Assembly: GCF_963921235.1 (NCBI RefSeq)
Contig: NC_086097.1
Coordinates: 167,216,001-167,280,000, forward strand
DNA: 64,000 nt
DNA from: Mobula hypostoma
Lineage: Eukaryota
Direction: 5' to 3'
Shown: one piece after another, positions 13,331 through 26,800 of the stretch
How positions within the stretch are numbered: the first letter of the stretch is position 1
Layout of the letters: every line of letters begins with the position of its first letter
The notes under the pieces: generated by a model
Seen by the model: only the letters and a program-made list of their open reading frames with translations
Databases searched by the model: none
Told to the model about the DNA's origin: nothing
Translations under genes and position numbers: made by a program

Positions 13331-14869
13331 AAAATAATACCAACACTCAGGACTTTATTGGAAACAAAGATGAAGAAATATTAGCTCACAGTAAGAGTAA
13401 AGGGTCTCCTTACTGCATGGAATTGTTGAAGTTGTTGACGCATGGGTGGCATTCCAATGCTCACTATAACCTTGAGCATATAAGGAACTCTACTACCCCA
13501 TTCCAAGTTGGACCCATCACCTCTATGTTAACACGCAATGATTCCGAGTCTGACAATAGCATTTTAAAACTCACATCATCATTTATAATTTCTTCCCTAG
13601 CATCACCACTTTCAAAGTATACAACCTCCAACACATCTATAACCCCATGAATAATTGAGGAATTTTCCATATCATCATAGCATTAATTGCCATGCGAATG
13701 TCCTGTGCTCTGGAATTTCCTCCTGAAATCCTTCAGATCTCCATTTCTCCTTTACAGCCCTTGTAGTATCCAACTCTTTGGCCAAGGCATGGATCATTTG
13801 GCTACCATTCCATGTACCATTCAATGCTGAGTTCAGTTTGATTATGTTGCTATGAATCTGCTTTACGATTCATGTTGCTGCAAGCAGCAGAACAGGAAGA
13901 CCTGTGAGATGAAAAATTTTGCAAAGAGACTCACCTGACATGAGCCAATTATGTAAAATGGCCTGCTTTTGTGATGTAAATTGCATGCAAATCAATCAAT
14001 TGTAACACCTGGTACACTTAATTCAATCTATTTCATGCTTTGGCATTTTGCCACAATTTCTATTTCATATTTACTTTCTTCCATTGCTGAACATTTCTTG
14101 TCATTTTACAATGGAAACCCCCAATGTCATACAACAGATCTAATTTTAATTCTTCACAAAGCACTTTACCATGTTATCTGAACCTTTAAAAGCAATTCAA
14201 AGTTAAAAATGATTTTCCTATAGCAAAAAGGACAGGGAAACAATACAATCTGAGTGTCGTTTACAATTCAGCTCAAATTTGAAGTTAATCTTATTTGCAT
14301 TTTCATGTTTTCAGTAAAGTTAGAGTTCACAGCCTTTAAAAGTTACAATCGTAGAAGGATCATTTGTTTTCCTCGTTGATCTTAAAGGTTATACTTGGAA
14401 AGTCACTGTGATAACAACCAAATGCATTTCTTTACAATTCAATGAACATTAAAACTGACAGAATCATCAATGATTCTGTTTCAGCATGTTCTATCATATA
14501 ATGATACAGCAGAGTAAAAGGTCATTCAGGATACCTTGCCTCTAACTCTTTAAAAGGGTCATCATGTGTTTCTCTCATTTATCCTTAATATTATTGGCCC
14601 AAATTAAACAGATTTTGCTCTTCACTGAGTATAGTTATCTTTCAGCACTTAATAGATATACCATCTAGTGACTGGTTGAATTTGCCACCCTCTACAGGGA
14701 ATTTGTAACATCTGTAATGGGGATCTTCAACCAATCACATTGAAGAATCTTCTGTGAGACAATGTGATCTGTGAATAAGGAAAAGTGGGGAACTATATCA
14801 CTCTACAGGAAGGAAAGCATAAACAATGGGAAATAAAAATGATAGAACAAATAGGAAAGCTATTAATTC

Positions 14870-15015
14870 TTTCCCCCCCTCCCACTATATTCTTGCTCTG
14901 ACCTCTCATCTTTTTCTCCAGTCCTGATGAAGGGTCTTGGCCCAAAATGTTGAATGTTTGCTCTTTTCCACAGATGCTGCCTGGGCTGCTGAGCTCCTCA
15001 AGTATTTTGTATGTG
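14870..15015 (+). repeat. Penelope-type short repeat with degenerate minimal hammerhead ribozyme motif
   Basis: CAGTC-CTGATGA-AGGGTCTTGGCCC-AAAAT: CTGATGA core at 14924-14930, stem II GGGTC/GGCCC, and AAAA where GAAA is expected. Followed by CACAGATGCTGCCTGGGCTGCTGAG. Confidence 0.6.
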
Positions 15016-17518
15016 AAGCTACCAAGTCTGCCACGTTCTTTAACCTACGACATTAATTTTCCAAAGAATCAAACTCCACAATTGAAAAGATAAATTACCA
15101 GAGCCAGAGAGGTTGTTCACTTATAACCATTACACTGGGCCACTGAAGTTCAGATGCTCCTGCAATTAGATCTCTTTAGAAAGGAAATAGTGAGAAATTA
15201 GCCCAAATTCACATCATGAACACATTCTCCAAAGGAGAACAGAGTGAAGTGTGGTAGTATTGGCAATAGGTTCTGGACTTCCTCAACCACACAATAGGAA
15301 ATGCTGCTCGCTTCACCAGTAATGATTGTTGCTGTGCTACAGATATTATACAGCTAAATCAGGGCCAATAATTTTTCAATTGTTTCCACTACCTTTTCAC
15401 GATTTTACATTCTACACCATTACTATTTTCAACACAAGATAATTCTCCTTTTCTTGGCTGCCTGGCCTGCTGCGTTCACCAGCAATTTTTATGTGTGTTG
15501 CTCTCCTTTTCTTGGATGGGCTTTTGCTGGAAATTACGTGAAGTCCATTTCCTTTGGTTACTAACACTTATGACAAGTGAAGAGTTGTGCTATTTTCACC
15601 TAAGCCTGGAAATTAAACACTCAAGTATTTATTGCTAATTGCTCTCTCTACTAAACCAATGGGGTTCAATGGAAGCACATTTCAGTCTGTTGTACAGAAA
15701 GCTTGTAAATTGTCCTTCATCTATAAGTTTCACCATAACATTTGTGTGCTCTCAGTCCCTGAAGAAATATTTGGACAGCATCAATATGTCAGTATAATGA
15801 CAAAACTATAATAATAGATGAATGATAACAACTGAATCTTGAAATTGGAAACCAATGTTACACTCGCCAGTTTACATCACAAGCAGCAATGCCTAAAACC
15901 AAAATATCCATGGCAGCACAAGTTAGATTGAGATTCTGCAAATTAATTTTTCTAGTTTGGATACCACGTCTGCCCATTTGGCTTTTGTGAAGTTTTACAC
16001 CCACCCCCTGATATTTCCTCAAAGCCTTAGTGTTTGTTACTTACGGTCAATTCTGAGCATTTCCATTGCACTTACACAAGCATCTGAGTAGCTCCACTGT
16101 GGTCCAGTAATTGGTCACTCACCAACGTAGGATGTAATACTGAGGATTTGACCATTACACGTTCTATAGGCATATCATTGCCATCTGACACAATGTTACT
16201 TCAAAACATGTATATGCTGAGCTAACATTTTGGATGAATTTGGACATGTTCCATGAGCTATTCATCAATTACAGACCAGGTTCAGTTTTCGGTAAGAATG
16301 ATCTGATAAGTGTGAAGATTGCACTGCTATCTAAACTAATAGGATTGACTTACTGCCATTAACACTATTAACTTTCATTTTGTTAATAGGTAATTTGGAC
16401 CTTGTTATGGAAGAAGGTGTAAAGTCCTATTGATTCAAGAATATTGCAAATCATTGCAGTTTGAAATCAATATGAAAAGAAGGAATCTTCTGCATAATAT
16501 TAAAGATATATTGAACAACATTATAATTGTTCCTTTCAATGTGACACAGCGCTATTCATGATCATGTGGATGAATAAAATGGTTGACGATAGTAACCGAA
16601 TGGAAAACCTCCATCTGGACCCAAAACATTGATTATCCATCTCCCTCTACAGATAATACCTGATGTGTTCTTCCAAAATTTTGTTTCCTTCTCAAGATTC
16701 CAACATCTGCAATCTCGTGTCCACGACAGACTGTGACATACGCAACTGCTGCATTGTTAACGCTTATCACCAGTGGTGCTTTCTTTTAAATACCGCTGCT
16801 GTTCAGATAACCTTATGTGGAAATGCATTGTTTTAGGAACTTCAGTTAATTCCGTATGCGAGTTATCCAGTCTCAACTGAACTAGCATCCCTTTCTATTA
16901 TAGAACAGTGCAGTGATGAAACAGGGCATTCTACAACTTAAATTGCACCCACCACCTCAGAGAGCAGGCATTTTTCAAAATTAACTACATATTAAAATAT
17001 ATTTTTCCCCCTCTTGTCCTTTCTGATTCCTCAGCGATCGCCATGACAAATGATTACACTGATGCCTCTAGGTCAGAGAACCAATGGATTCCTGTTCATA
17101 ATCACCATGATAAGATGAAAATGAGGAGTCCAGATGCCAGCACTACTGACCTGGGACTTGAGCTTGAATCTTGTTGTGTGGCAAGATAATTTCAATTGCT
17201 ATTTTTAAGTAACTAGGACTTATTATAAAATTCTATTCTTTCTCAAGAGAAAACCCAAATCCTGCCAATGACTTCCTTGCCGCCTTGCAGTGGAAACCTG
17301 GACTTACTGAGTTCCCCAGCACAGTCTGGGTAGCCTGCTCATTAACCTTGCACCAATTTAAACAGAGACACACAAAATTATTGACAGCGGGCACACCTGG
17401 ATTCATAATAATGGACAAAAAAAATATTTTTCATAGAAGAAGTTGGGCTTTTCCCAGTAGCATTACTTAGGCCCTACCATTCATGCTTGCCTTCCAACAT
17501 GTTCAAAGAACAGTATAC

Positions 17519-18522
17519 TTAAGATTCAAGATTCAAAAAACTTTATTGTCATTCTAACCGTACATCAGCTCTGCAGGGCAGAATGAGACAGCGTTTCCCA
17601 GGAGCAGTGCAATCATAACATAACAAGTGCAACACTAAATAATAAACATAACAATAAATAGTAAAACACAACAGCCACATGTCAGTTAAAATCAGTTATA
17701 AGTGTCCAGTGCAAGTTAAAAGTGTCCAAAGCAGAGTCCGGTGGAGCAGCTATTTAGCAGTCTGACTGCCTGTGGGAGGAAGCTGTTTAGTAGCCTTGTG
17801 GTTTTAGTTTTGATGCTCCTGTAATGTTTGCCTGATGGCAGAAGAACAAACAGTTCATGGAGAGGGTGTGAGAGGTCTTTAATGATGTACCGTGTCTTCT
17901 GGAGGCATCGACTCTGAAAGAGGTCTTGGACAGAAGGTAGGGGGACCCCAATAACCTTCTCCGCTCCCCTAACCACCCTCTGCAAGGCTTTTTTGTCGAC
18001 AGCACTGCAGCTGGAGTACCAGGTTGTGATGCAAAAGGTCAGCACACTCTCAACCACGCCTCTGTAGAATGTAGTTAAGATGTTAGTGGGGAGTGATGCT
18101 TGTTTAAGCTTCCTCAGAAAGTGCAATCTCTGCTGGGCCTGTTTCACAATCCCAGTGGTGTTCCTGGACCAGGTGAGATTGTCCGAGATCTGCACCCCAA
18201 GGAACTTGATGTTTTCCACTCTCTCCACTGTGGAGCCGCTGATGCTGAGGGGTGCGTGCTCAGGCTGAGACCGTCTGAAATCGACGATCATCTCTTTGGT
18301 TTTGGTAACATTAAGCATCAAGTTGATATCACTGCACCAGCTCTCCAGGTGTTTGACCTCCTCCCTGTACATTGTTTCGTCATTTTTGCTGAGCCCCACC
18401 ACTGTGGTATCATCAGCAAATTTAATGATCAGGTTCTCCTTGAATCTGGCTGCACAGTCATGTGTTAGCAGTGTAAACAGCAATGGGCTAAGCACACAGC
18501 CTGGTGGGGATCCAGTGCTCAC
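17519..18522 (-). mobile_element. Young 5'-truncated Rex1/Babar-type LINE with open RT C-terminal ORF (17716-18522)
   Basis: 268-aa open frame with [56 protein letters not shown] motifs. AATAAA plus (TTGAATC)n tail at 17519-17547. Confidence 0.9.
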
Positions 18523-18654
18523 CTTCGTCTTGCTCTGCAGGTTCCCAGCCTAGGGAATGATGACTTCCCAGCATGGAAGAATATATTGAAGGGAATGAGA
18601 CTGATGTGAGTTTTCTACTTGAAACTGGTATAGACTTGACAGTTTTATTTCATA

Positions 18655-18900
18655 CATGAGAGATTCTGCAGATGCTGGAAATTCAGAGGACATACACAAA
18701 CTGCTGGAGGAACTCAGCAAGTCAGGCAGCATCAATGTAGAGGAATAAGCTGTCAATATTTTGGGCTGAGACCCTTTATCAGGACTGAAGAGGAAGGGGG
18801 AAGAAGCTGAAATAAGAAAGTAGGGGAGCAGAAGGAATACAAGCTGGCTGGTGATGGGTGAGACCAGCTGGGGGGAAAGGTGGATGGGGGGAGGACAGAG
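18655..18900 (-). repeat. Penelope-type short repeat with hammerhead-like relic
   Basis: CTGCAGATGCTGGAA...CTGGAGGAACTCAGCAAGTCAGGCAGCATC on the + strand. The minus strand reads CAGTCCTGATAAAGGGTCTCAGCCCAAAATATTGAC. Confidence 0.6.
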
Positions 18901-20635
18901 TTGAAGAACCTTGGCAGAAACTAATAATTCTGGGATAACTACTTAATGCACTTGGACATTTTCACACATACTGAAATTTCAGCAGCCAGGAAGCAAGCAG
19001 CAAAATCAAACCAAATAAAATTAGACTGCAAGCTCAGGCACCAAGAAACTGTAATGTTAATTGCTTCCCTTCCCAGAGATGCTGCCTGGCCTGCTGAGTT
19101 TTACCTGCATTTGTTTTTCACCTTACTTACACTCTAACACCACTTCACACAATAAAGGTGACAGACTAAGAGTTCTTCATTCCCTCAGATGACAACTGAA
19201 GACCCAAGTAGGAAGACAAAGATACATGAAGGCTTCCAACTGTTTGGTCATGAAGATGAAAGACAAAGTGGACCTGAAGGTGAACCTTTCCCACATAAGC
19301 ATGATAGGTATATTGAACAAGCTGCCATAGGAAGTAACAGATACAAGTAAAATTGCAACATTTAAAAGACACGTGACAATAATTTTTAGATTGCTGCAAG
19401 AGATCCATTTTTTTTAAGAATTCAAGGATATATTATGAATTTCAATGTTGTTGACTGATAGTTTATCAATTTTGTTTCAATTGTGATCTCCATTTTCTGA
19501 CAATGAAACCAATTTAACCAAACTTGACCTTTGGTCTGTTTGGCACTATTCAGATGCTTTCTATTGGAAGATGGTAGGAATGGTGGAGAAAACAATAAAG
19601 TACCCCAGGACAACACTTATTTCTATAATCAAGTATGAAGAGCATCTACTTACGTGCACTGAAATTACAGTACACTTAATGTCCAATAAAGAGAAAACCA
19701 GAGGGATTTGAAAAAAATCCAAATGCATCCTATGCAGAGATTCAGGTGCTAACTAAGTACTTAACAAGTGTTAACAGATTTAGTCAAAATGCAATTCTCG
19801 TCTTGGGGTAATTTGAAGAATTAAAAATACTATCATTTTTTTTCTTCCATCAGCAATATGTTTACGGGTGGATGATTTCAAGCTACCTCACAGAAGCAAG
19901 CAGGTTAAGAGATATCACAGTCGAAACTGCCCAAGAGTATGTTCAAAGTAACACGTTATCGAATAGGAAGACAATGTCATTGATATAATTTACAGGTTGT
20001 GGAGTAAATGAACTAATGTTCAAAAGGAGAGGCAGAGAAATATTGAACAGAGAAGTCTGGAAAAGGCAATAGCACAGCTGACTATAAGGGAAATAAGCAA
20101 AATGGACTGCATCTCAATGTGGAAACATATCATTTAGTTTCTGTTCTACTGATCAGATCTGTGGCATACGAGACCGGTGATCTAGAACTATACAAGTAGC
20201 CCAGGTACGACCTATAGAACAACAAAGCAATTCCAATTGAAGTTAGAGATGGAATTGTACGCACGGCAGCTCTGGCAGAGTTTGCGGCCCATTATTTCCT
20301 ACAAGGCAAAATGTAACATTATGAATGACTGAGATGCTTCACTCCCAGATGAGCTCAATACCTTTTACATGCACTTCGAAAGGGAGAATAAAACTACATC
20401 TGTGCAAATCCCTGCGGCATCTGGTGAGACTGTAATCTCGGTCTCTGAGGCCAGCATCAGATCAAATTTCAAGAGGGTGAAACTTTGCAAGGTGTCAGGT
20501 CCTGATGGTGCACCTGGTAGGGCACTGAAAAACATGTGCCAACCCACAAGCAAGAGTGTTCAAGGACATCCTGAATCTCTTACTGCTGCAGCTGAAGGTT
20601 CCCACCTGCTTCAAAAGGGCGAAAATTGTACCAGT

Positions 20636-22162
20636 TTGGATTGGGGCATGGAGATACATCTCTACCAAAGGAGGTACAAGGCGCTCAATCCTTCCACTAG
20701 CCTGCGGGTCACCCTTGGGCAAGATGTAGCACCTGATTAGCAGGCCCCCCCCCCTCCCCTCCGATCAGGGTCAAATGAAGCCATGGGAGCAGCTGGTGCA
20801 CATCACAATTCCTGGTTGTGCAACTACTGATACCAAGCAAACAATCTCCAAAGAGTATTGATAATGGCTGGAGTCACCCGTCTTGTAAAGACACTGCACA
20901 GAAGTCAAATTATTTTTCATTTAACTATATACATGTATATAACCATATAATGTATATAGAAACGAGACGTTTCTCCAAACCTGGGTGTAAAAGCACAGTG
21001 GTACATAAAACACACAATAATTTGTTAAGGTAAGGATAAAATCTACAGATGGATCACACATAAATAACAAACTGAAGTGCATTAATATTAAATATTGTAA
21101 GGTACAGAACAGATTAACCAGTGACACTTGGAATATGATGCAGCAGGGAGTTCAGAAGCCGAATGGCTGGGGAAAGAAACTATTTTTCCTCCTGACCATT
21201 CTTGTTTTTGTACAATGTGGTCTCCTGCCTGAAGGGTGAAAGTCAAAGAGGATGTTGGATAGATGGGTGGGATCCTTAATAATACTAAGGACCCTGTGAA
21301 TGCAGTGCTCCTGATAAATGTCCCCGATGGACGGTAGGGAGACCCCTACCCTCACAATCCTTTGTCGGCACTTTTGGTCCGATGCTTGGCTGCTCCCATA
21401 CCAGAAGGAGATGTATCTGGTCAGGACGCTCTCAATGCTGCTCCTGTAAAATGCAGTTAAGATGGGTTGTGGGGGGTGGGGGGGGGGAAGCCTTGCTTCC
21501 CTCAATCTTCTAAAGAAGTAGAGGCGCCACTGTGTCTTCTTGTTCAGGGAGGTGAAATTAAGGACCAGGTGAGGTCATTCATGATGTGAACTCCCAGGAA
21601 CATCGTGCACTTACCTCTCTCTACGGAGAAGCTATGTATTCACAGAGGGGGGCGGTTTGTCTGCACTTCCTGAAGTTGACAATGATTTCCTTTGTCTTCT
21701 CCATGTTCAGGATTAGGTTGTTCTTCTCACACCAATCCACCAGCCGCTCCACTTCCTCTCTATACTCCATCTCATCATTATTCTTGATAAGGCCAGCACT
21801 ATTGTGTCATCCGCAAACCTGATGACACGGTTTGAGCTAGATCCTGCAACACAGTCGTGCATCAGCGGTGTGAACAGCAGCGGGCTGAGCACACAGCCTT
21901 GGGGAGCACCAGTGCTCAGCGTAATGGGACGGGAGATGTTGCTGCCCACACACACTGACTGTGGCCTCACTCTTAAGAAGTCCACTATCCAATTGCAGAG
22001 GGAGGTGTTGACAATTGCACAGAGTCCAGTATCCAACTGCGGAGAGAGAAGGTGGAAATGGCAAACAACTTCTATAGAAAAAATTGCCAAGAGCAATCAT
22101 GGTCAAACAACCATGATCACCCATGTCATGACACAGCACATAATGATGATGATGAATCACAG
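20636..22162 (+). mobile_element. RTE-type SINE-like repeat with (TGA)n tail, itself interrupted by an inverted Rex LINE
   Basis: Left part ends GACACTGCACAGAAG (about 20905). Right part ATGGCAAACAACTTCTATAGAAAAAATTGCCAAG...ATGATGATGATGA ends at about 22155. Confidence 0.5.
20905..22010 (-). mobile_element. Rex1/Babar-type LINE 3' fragment
   Basis: ORFs 21713-22096 ([29 protein letters not shown]) and 21152-21505. Confidence 0.85.
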
Positions 22163-24199
22163 CAGTGCCCAAGAAGAGCAGGATGAGCTGCCTCAAAGAT
22201 TATCACCTAGATGCATTCATATCTACTCTGATGAAGTGCTTTGAAAACTTGCTCATGGCTAGAAACAACTCTTGCCCAAAGACTTGGACACGTCACAATT
22301 TGCCCATGGCCACAATGGATCATCAGCAGATGCAATCTCACTGGCTCTCCACTCTGCATTGGACCACCTGGACAAAAACAAAACCTGTGCCAGACTGATG
22401 CTTATTGAATACAGCTCAGTGTTCAACACCATTGTACTGTCTGTACCAATCAACAAGCTCCAATTTCTAGTCCTCTGCAACTGGATCCCTGACTTCCTCA
22501 TCAGGAGACCAGTCAGTACAGATCTGAAATAACATCTCTCCCTTGCTGGCAATCACTGCTGCACCTCAACGATGCATACTTAATTCCCTGCTGCTCTCTC
22601 TCTACACCCACAAATGGGTGGCTAGGCACAACTCAGACAGCATTTATAAATTTGCTGACAACACAATTATTGTTGACAGAATTTCAGATGGTGACAAGTC
22701 GTCGTACAGGAGTGAGATAGATCAGCTGTTTGAGTGTTGTCACAACAACGAACTTACATTCAACATCAGTAACGTACTCAACATCAGTAACTGATAATGG
22801 AGTTCAGGAAGGGGAATTTGAGGGAACACACGCCAGTTCTCATCGAGGGATCAGCAGTGGACAGGGTGAGCGGTTTCAAGTTCCTGGAGGTCAATATCTC
22901 TGAAGGTCTACACTGCACCCAACGTATTGTTGCATTTACAAAGAAGGCACGACAGCAGTTATGTTTCATTCAGAGTTTGAGGAGATTTGGTCTGTCACCA
23001 AAGATGTACCATAGAGTGCATTCTAACTGTTTGTATCAGTGTCTGCTATGGAAGAGCCACTGCACGGAGTCATAAAAAGCTGCAGAAGGTTGCAAACTCA
23101 GCCAGCTCCATCGTGCACATTAGCCTCCCAGTATCAAGATCATCATCAAAAGGTGATACATCAAAAAGGCAGTATCCATTATTAAGGGCCCCTCACCACA
23201 TGCCCTCTTCTCATTGCTACCATTAAGGAGGCATGGAAACCTGAAGACACTCAACATTTTAGGAATAGTTTCTTGCCCTCCATCATCAGAGTTCTGAACA
23301 GACAATACACACATGCACACTACCTCACTATGTTGTTTTGGCTCTTTTTGCACCAATTTAATTTGAAATATATTTTACTGTATGTTATAGCTTTTGTTAT
23401 GTATTATGTACTGTCGCCAAAATACAAGAGATTTCATGACATATGCCTGTGATGTTAACATGGTTCTTATTCTGAGATAAACACTCTCATCATGTGCATA
23501 TGAATAATTCACACCCTAAAAGTCATGGTTAAAGTTTAGGTATCCTCTACCTGATAGGAGGATGAAGAAGAGAGAATGATTGAAGCAAGAGACTCCCTTC
23601 CCAAGGCAATGGGAAGTGTCAATGGAAGGAGGACTGGTTTGCGTGATAGACTGGGCTCCCTTCACAGCTACCTGAAGTTTAATCAGAACTTACACAGTTC
23701 GTGAGCTCAGAGCTCGTTAGTGGGACTTAATGCAAGTTAGAACAAGCAACTGATCTCACATTTACCTGAGTAAGGTGAAAGGCTGGGGGGAGTGGGGGAG
23801 GGGTAGTTAGCAGTGCACACAAATAGCCACGTCTGGATGGGCACTCCAGATTTGTGGTGACAGACCAAAAAAAATGTTCCCGACTATTGGATTTATCAGT
23901 ACGTTAACACACACATAAATTTACTTTTTAGGACATGAAGTTAACACAGAGGTACGACAAGCAATTAAAACATCAGATAATATTACAGAAACTACCGCAA
24001 GGTTTAAGTATGAGAGTAAAGATATTCCTCCAACCAAGACATAGGGCCTTGCTAAAACCACCTATAAAGTAGTGCCTGCAATTTTCGTCTGCTTAACCAA
24101 AGACAGGCATACATATTACAGTGCCGCACAGATCAACCAGACTGATTCCCGGGATGGCAGATCTGTCATAGGACAAACCAAGTAGGTTAATTCAAAAAT

Positions 24200-25170
24200 G
24201 CATGCAATACGTGGCACAGGTAAACAGTCAACAGCTCGCAGTCTTAGTGATGTGACCTCGGTGGTGGCAGGTTATTTGTTAGTCTCACAGCCCAAGAGAA
24301 GAAGCTGTTACCCAGTCTGGCGGTTCTAGTCCTGCCGCCTCCTGTACCTCCTTCCTGTTGGTAGTGAGTCAAAGAGATTGTGGGATGGCTGATAGGGATC
24401 TTCAACAATTTTTTCGGGCCCTTCATATTCAATGATTCCGATAAATGTCACAAATGGTGGGGAAGGGGAACACCAGTGATCCTCTCAGCAGCTTTTACTA
24501 TGCTTTGTGGGGTCTTGCCGTTTGATGCCTAGCAGCTTCCGTACAACACAATGATCAGGAGTAGTGCTCCTGTAGAAAGTTATTAGAATAGGGGTGTGGA
24601 GCCATGCACATCTCAATCTCTTCAGAAAGTGTAGACACTGCTGTGCCTTTGTGATTAATGAGGTGGTGTTGTGGGTCCAGGTTAGATCATCTGTTATGTA
24701 CACACCAAGGGACTTTGTGCTCTTCACAGCTGAGCCATTGATGTGCAATGGAGAGTGGTTGACCTGTGCCTTCCTTAAATCCACAATCATCTCTTTTATC
24801 TTGTCCACGTCAAGTCTCACACCATTTGACAAGCTCTCGACCTCCCCTTTTTATGCCGACTCACCATTGTTGCTGATGAGGCCAAGCACAATTCCATGAT
24901 CAGCAAACTTGATAGAGTTTGAGCTTGATCTAGCAGTGCAGTTGTGAGTCAGCGGCAAGTTGAACACACAACCCCGGGGGGGGGGGGTGAGGGGAGTGAG
25001 GGGCATCAGTGCTCAGCATGAGAGAGCTTGAGACGTTGCTGCCAACTTGGAATGATTGGTGTCTTTCCATCCAAAAGTCCAAGATTCAGTTACAGAGAGG
25101 GGTGTTGTATCCCAAGCCCGAACAGTTTACCCACCAGCCTCGGAAGGATGATCATGTTAAGTGACTACAA
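24200..25170 (-). mobile_element. Rex1/Babar-type LINE 3' fragment
   Basis: ORFs 24485-24832 (KEMIVDLRK, LGVYITDDLTW, KAQQCLHFLKRL) and 24244-24432. Confidence 0.8.
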
Positions 25171-26029
25171 CTTGGATTTTATTTTGGATTTTGAGTCACA
25201 TTAATGGAATGGCCAAGTAGAAAAACAGAACAGTAACCATGATCCTGGTGAGCATAAGGGGCCTCACAGAATAAACCAAGTCCTACTTCCTGTGTTGTTC
25301 TTATAAGTCAGCCTAACCTTGGCTTTTTCCTGCCTGAATATTGAACATTGGTCAATTGAATTCATTTAATAATTTTGCCAAATGTTCAGAGCAAGAAGCC
25401 CATTAAATAGAAAGATTCAGCTTTCATTTTTACTGGTAGCCAATTGAACCGATATTTAAATACATCAGCTGATCAGTTAAGCCTTTGCCAATGCACGGAC
25501 TGGCTCTTCCTTCTGGCAAGGGCTGCAAAGAGGGACTATTATAATAGGAAGTTATTTATAACAGCACACATTCATTCCAATCATGATTCAAAATAGAACT
25601 TCAGCAAATTTGCCTTACCCACAGGATTTATACAATGCATTAATAGAGTAAAATATTGCCAATCACCATGGAATGTGTATCTCAGAAGTAAGGCAGCATG
25701 CTTACATTGTTTATAGAAAGCAGTACAAGATAATATGAAAGCCAAGAACAATATTCAAAACAAAATACTATATTCCCATTCAATGGATAATTATGTATTT
25801 TGATGCAGAGTACAAAGTGCTTCATGTGATATTTTATAAACACAAAAAATGGCAAGTCAGTGATCATAAACCTGATCCCGACACGGAATGAGTTATTGCA
25901 TAAACTGCGGGTTTCGCACAAGTACTGTACTAAATACAATTCAATGCACAATGTCAAAAGCTACAAAGTAATGCCATTACATTCCAAAGATACTCTTCCA
26001 GAGAAATTTCGCAGATCCTACTTAGAGTC

Positions 26030-26350
26030 TTTGAGACATACAGCACAGAAAAAGGCCCTTCAGCTTAAGTCATTCATGCCAACCAAGATTCTTAGCTATT
26101 GTAAATTAATCTCATTTGCCCATGTTTCTGTACAAGCATCTTTTAAATGTTGTAATTGTATTTGTCTCCACTATGCCCTTGTGCAGCTTTCTATACTCAC
26201 CACCCTGTGTGAAAAGATACCCCACGTGTCCCATTGTAATTAATAACATTTCTCTCCTCACACCTTAAACCCACGCTCTCTTATCCTGGAAAAAGTGACT
26301 GACCATCCATTGTATCTATGGTTCTCATGATTTTATAAACACTACCTGTC
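26030..26350 (-). mobile_element. CR1 LINE 3' tail
   Basis: ACAGCACAGAAAAAGGCCCTTCAGC...CACCACCCTGTGTGAAAA...CACCTTAAAC, a typical reverse-strand CR1 3' end. Confidence 0.55.
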
Positions 26351-26439
26351 TCATCAAGCAGGTAATGTTTAGATCATTTTGAAACGTGGTTTAAAAAAAA
26401 AGCCAGAGCAGGTGCAGTACAAACAACACATTTGCACAT

Positions 26440-26800
26440 ATATAGACACAAGAGTTGGAAGATGCTGGAACTTTGTATGATATGTGTTTCTGTTTATTTA
26501 AAAGTGGTCTGAGACAATATCTGCAGATTTCTGGAGACATGAGACTGCTGATGGTGGAATCTGGAGCAACAGAAAAAGTTCTGGGGAAACTCAACAGGTC
26601 ATGGAGTATCTAGAGAAAGAAATTTCACATCGGGACTCTTCATCTGAACTCGTACCCAACACTTTACCCAAGAATGTTTATACTGGTTATCACCCTTCTG
26701 TCCTCTATACAAAATGAAGGATCTTCACCAGAAACTCCAACTGTCCATTTCCCTCCATAGGTGCTGTTGAGTTCCTCCAGCTCTTTTTCTGCTTCTGCAC
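26440..26800. repeat. Penelope-type short repeats in inverted arrangement
   Basis: GGAATCTGGAGCAAC...GGAAACTCAACAGGTCA on the left versus GGTGCTGTTGAGTTCCTCCAGC on the right. The ATGAAG core is present on both strands. Confidence 0.5.

Larger units (their letters stand above)
20140..23475 (+). mobile_element. Decayed Rex1/Babar-type LINE split by nested insertions (20636-22162)
   Basis: ORF remnants 20369-20740 (VSEASIRSNFKRVKLCKVSGPDG) resume at 22165 (PKKSRMSCLKDY; SADAISLALHSALDHLD; IYKFADNT). Tail near 23475. Confidence 0.8.

Noticed and set aside
13417..13670. Overlapping short ORFs with protein-like composition
   Set aside because: No recognisable domain or convincing splice context. 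Possibly an ancient repeat remnant.
17716..18522. Prokaryotic RT system (retron, DGR, group II intron)
   Set aside because: The motifs and microsatellite tail are those of vertebrate non-LTR retrotransposons, and the whole window is eukaryotic.
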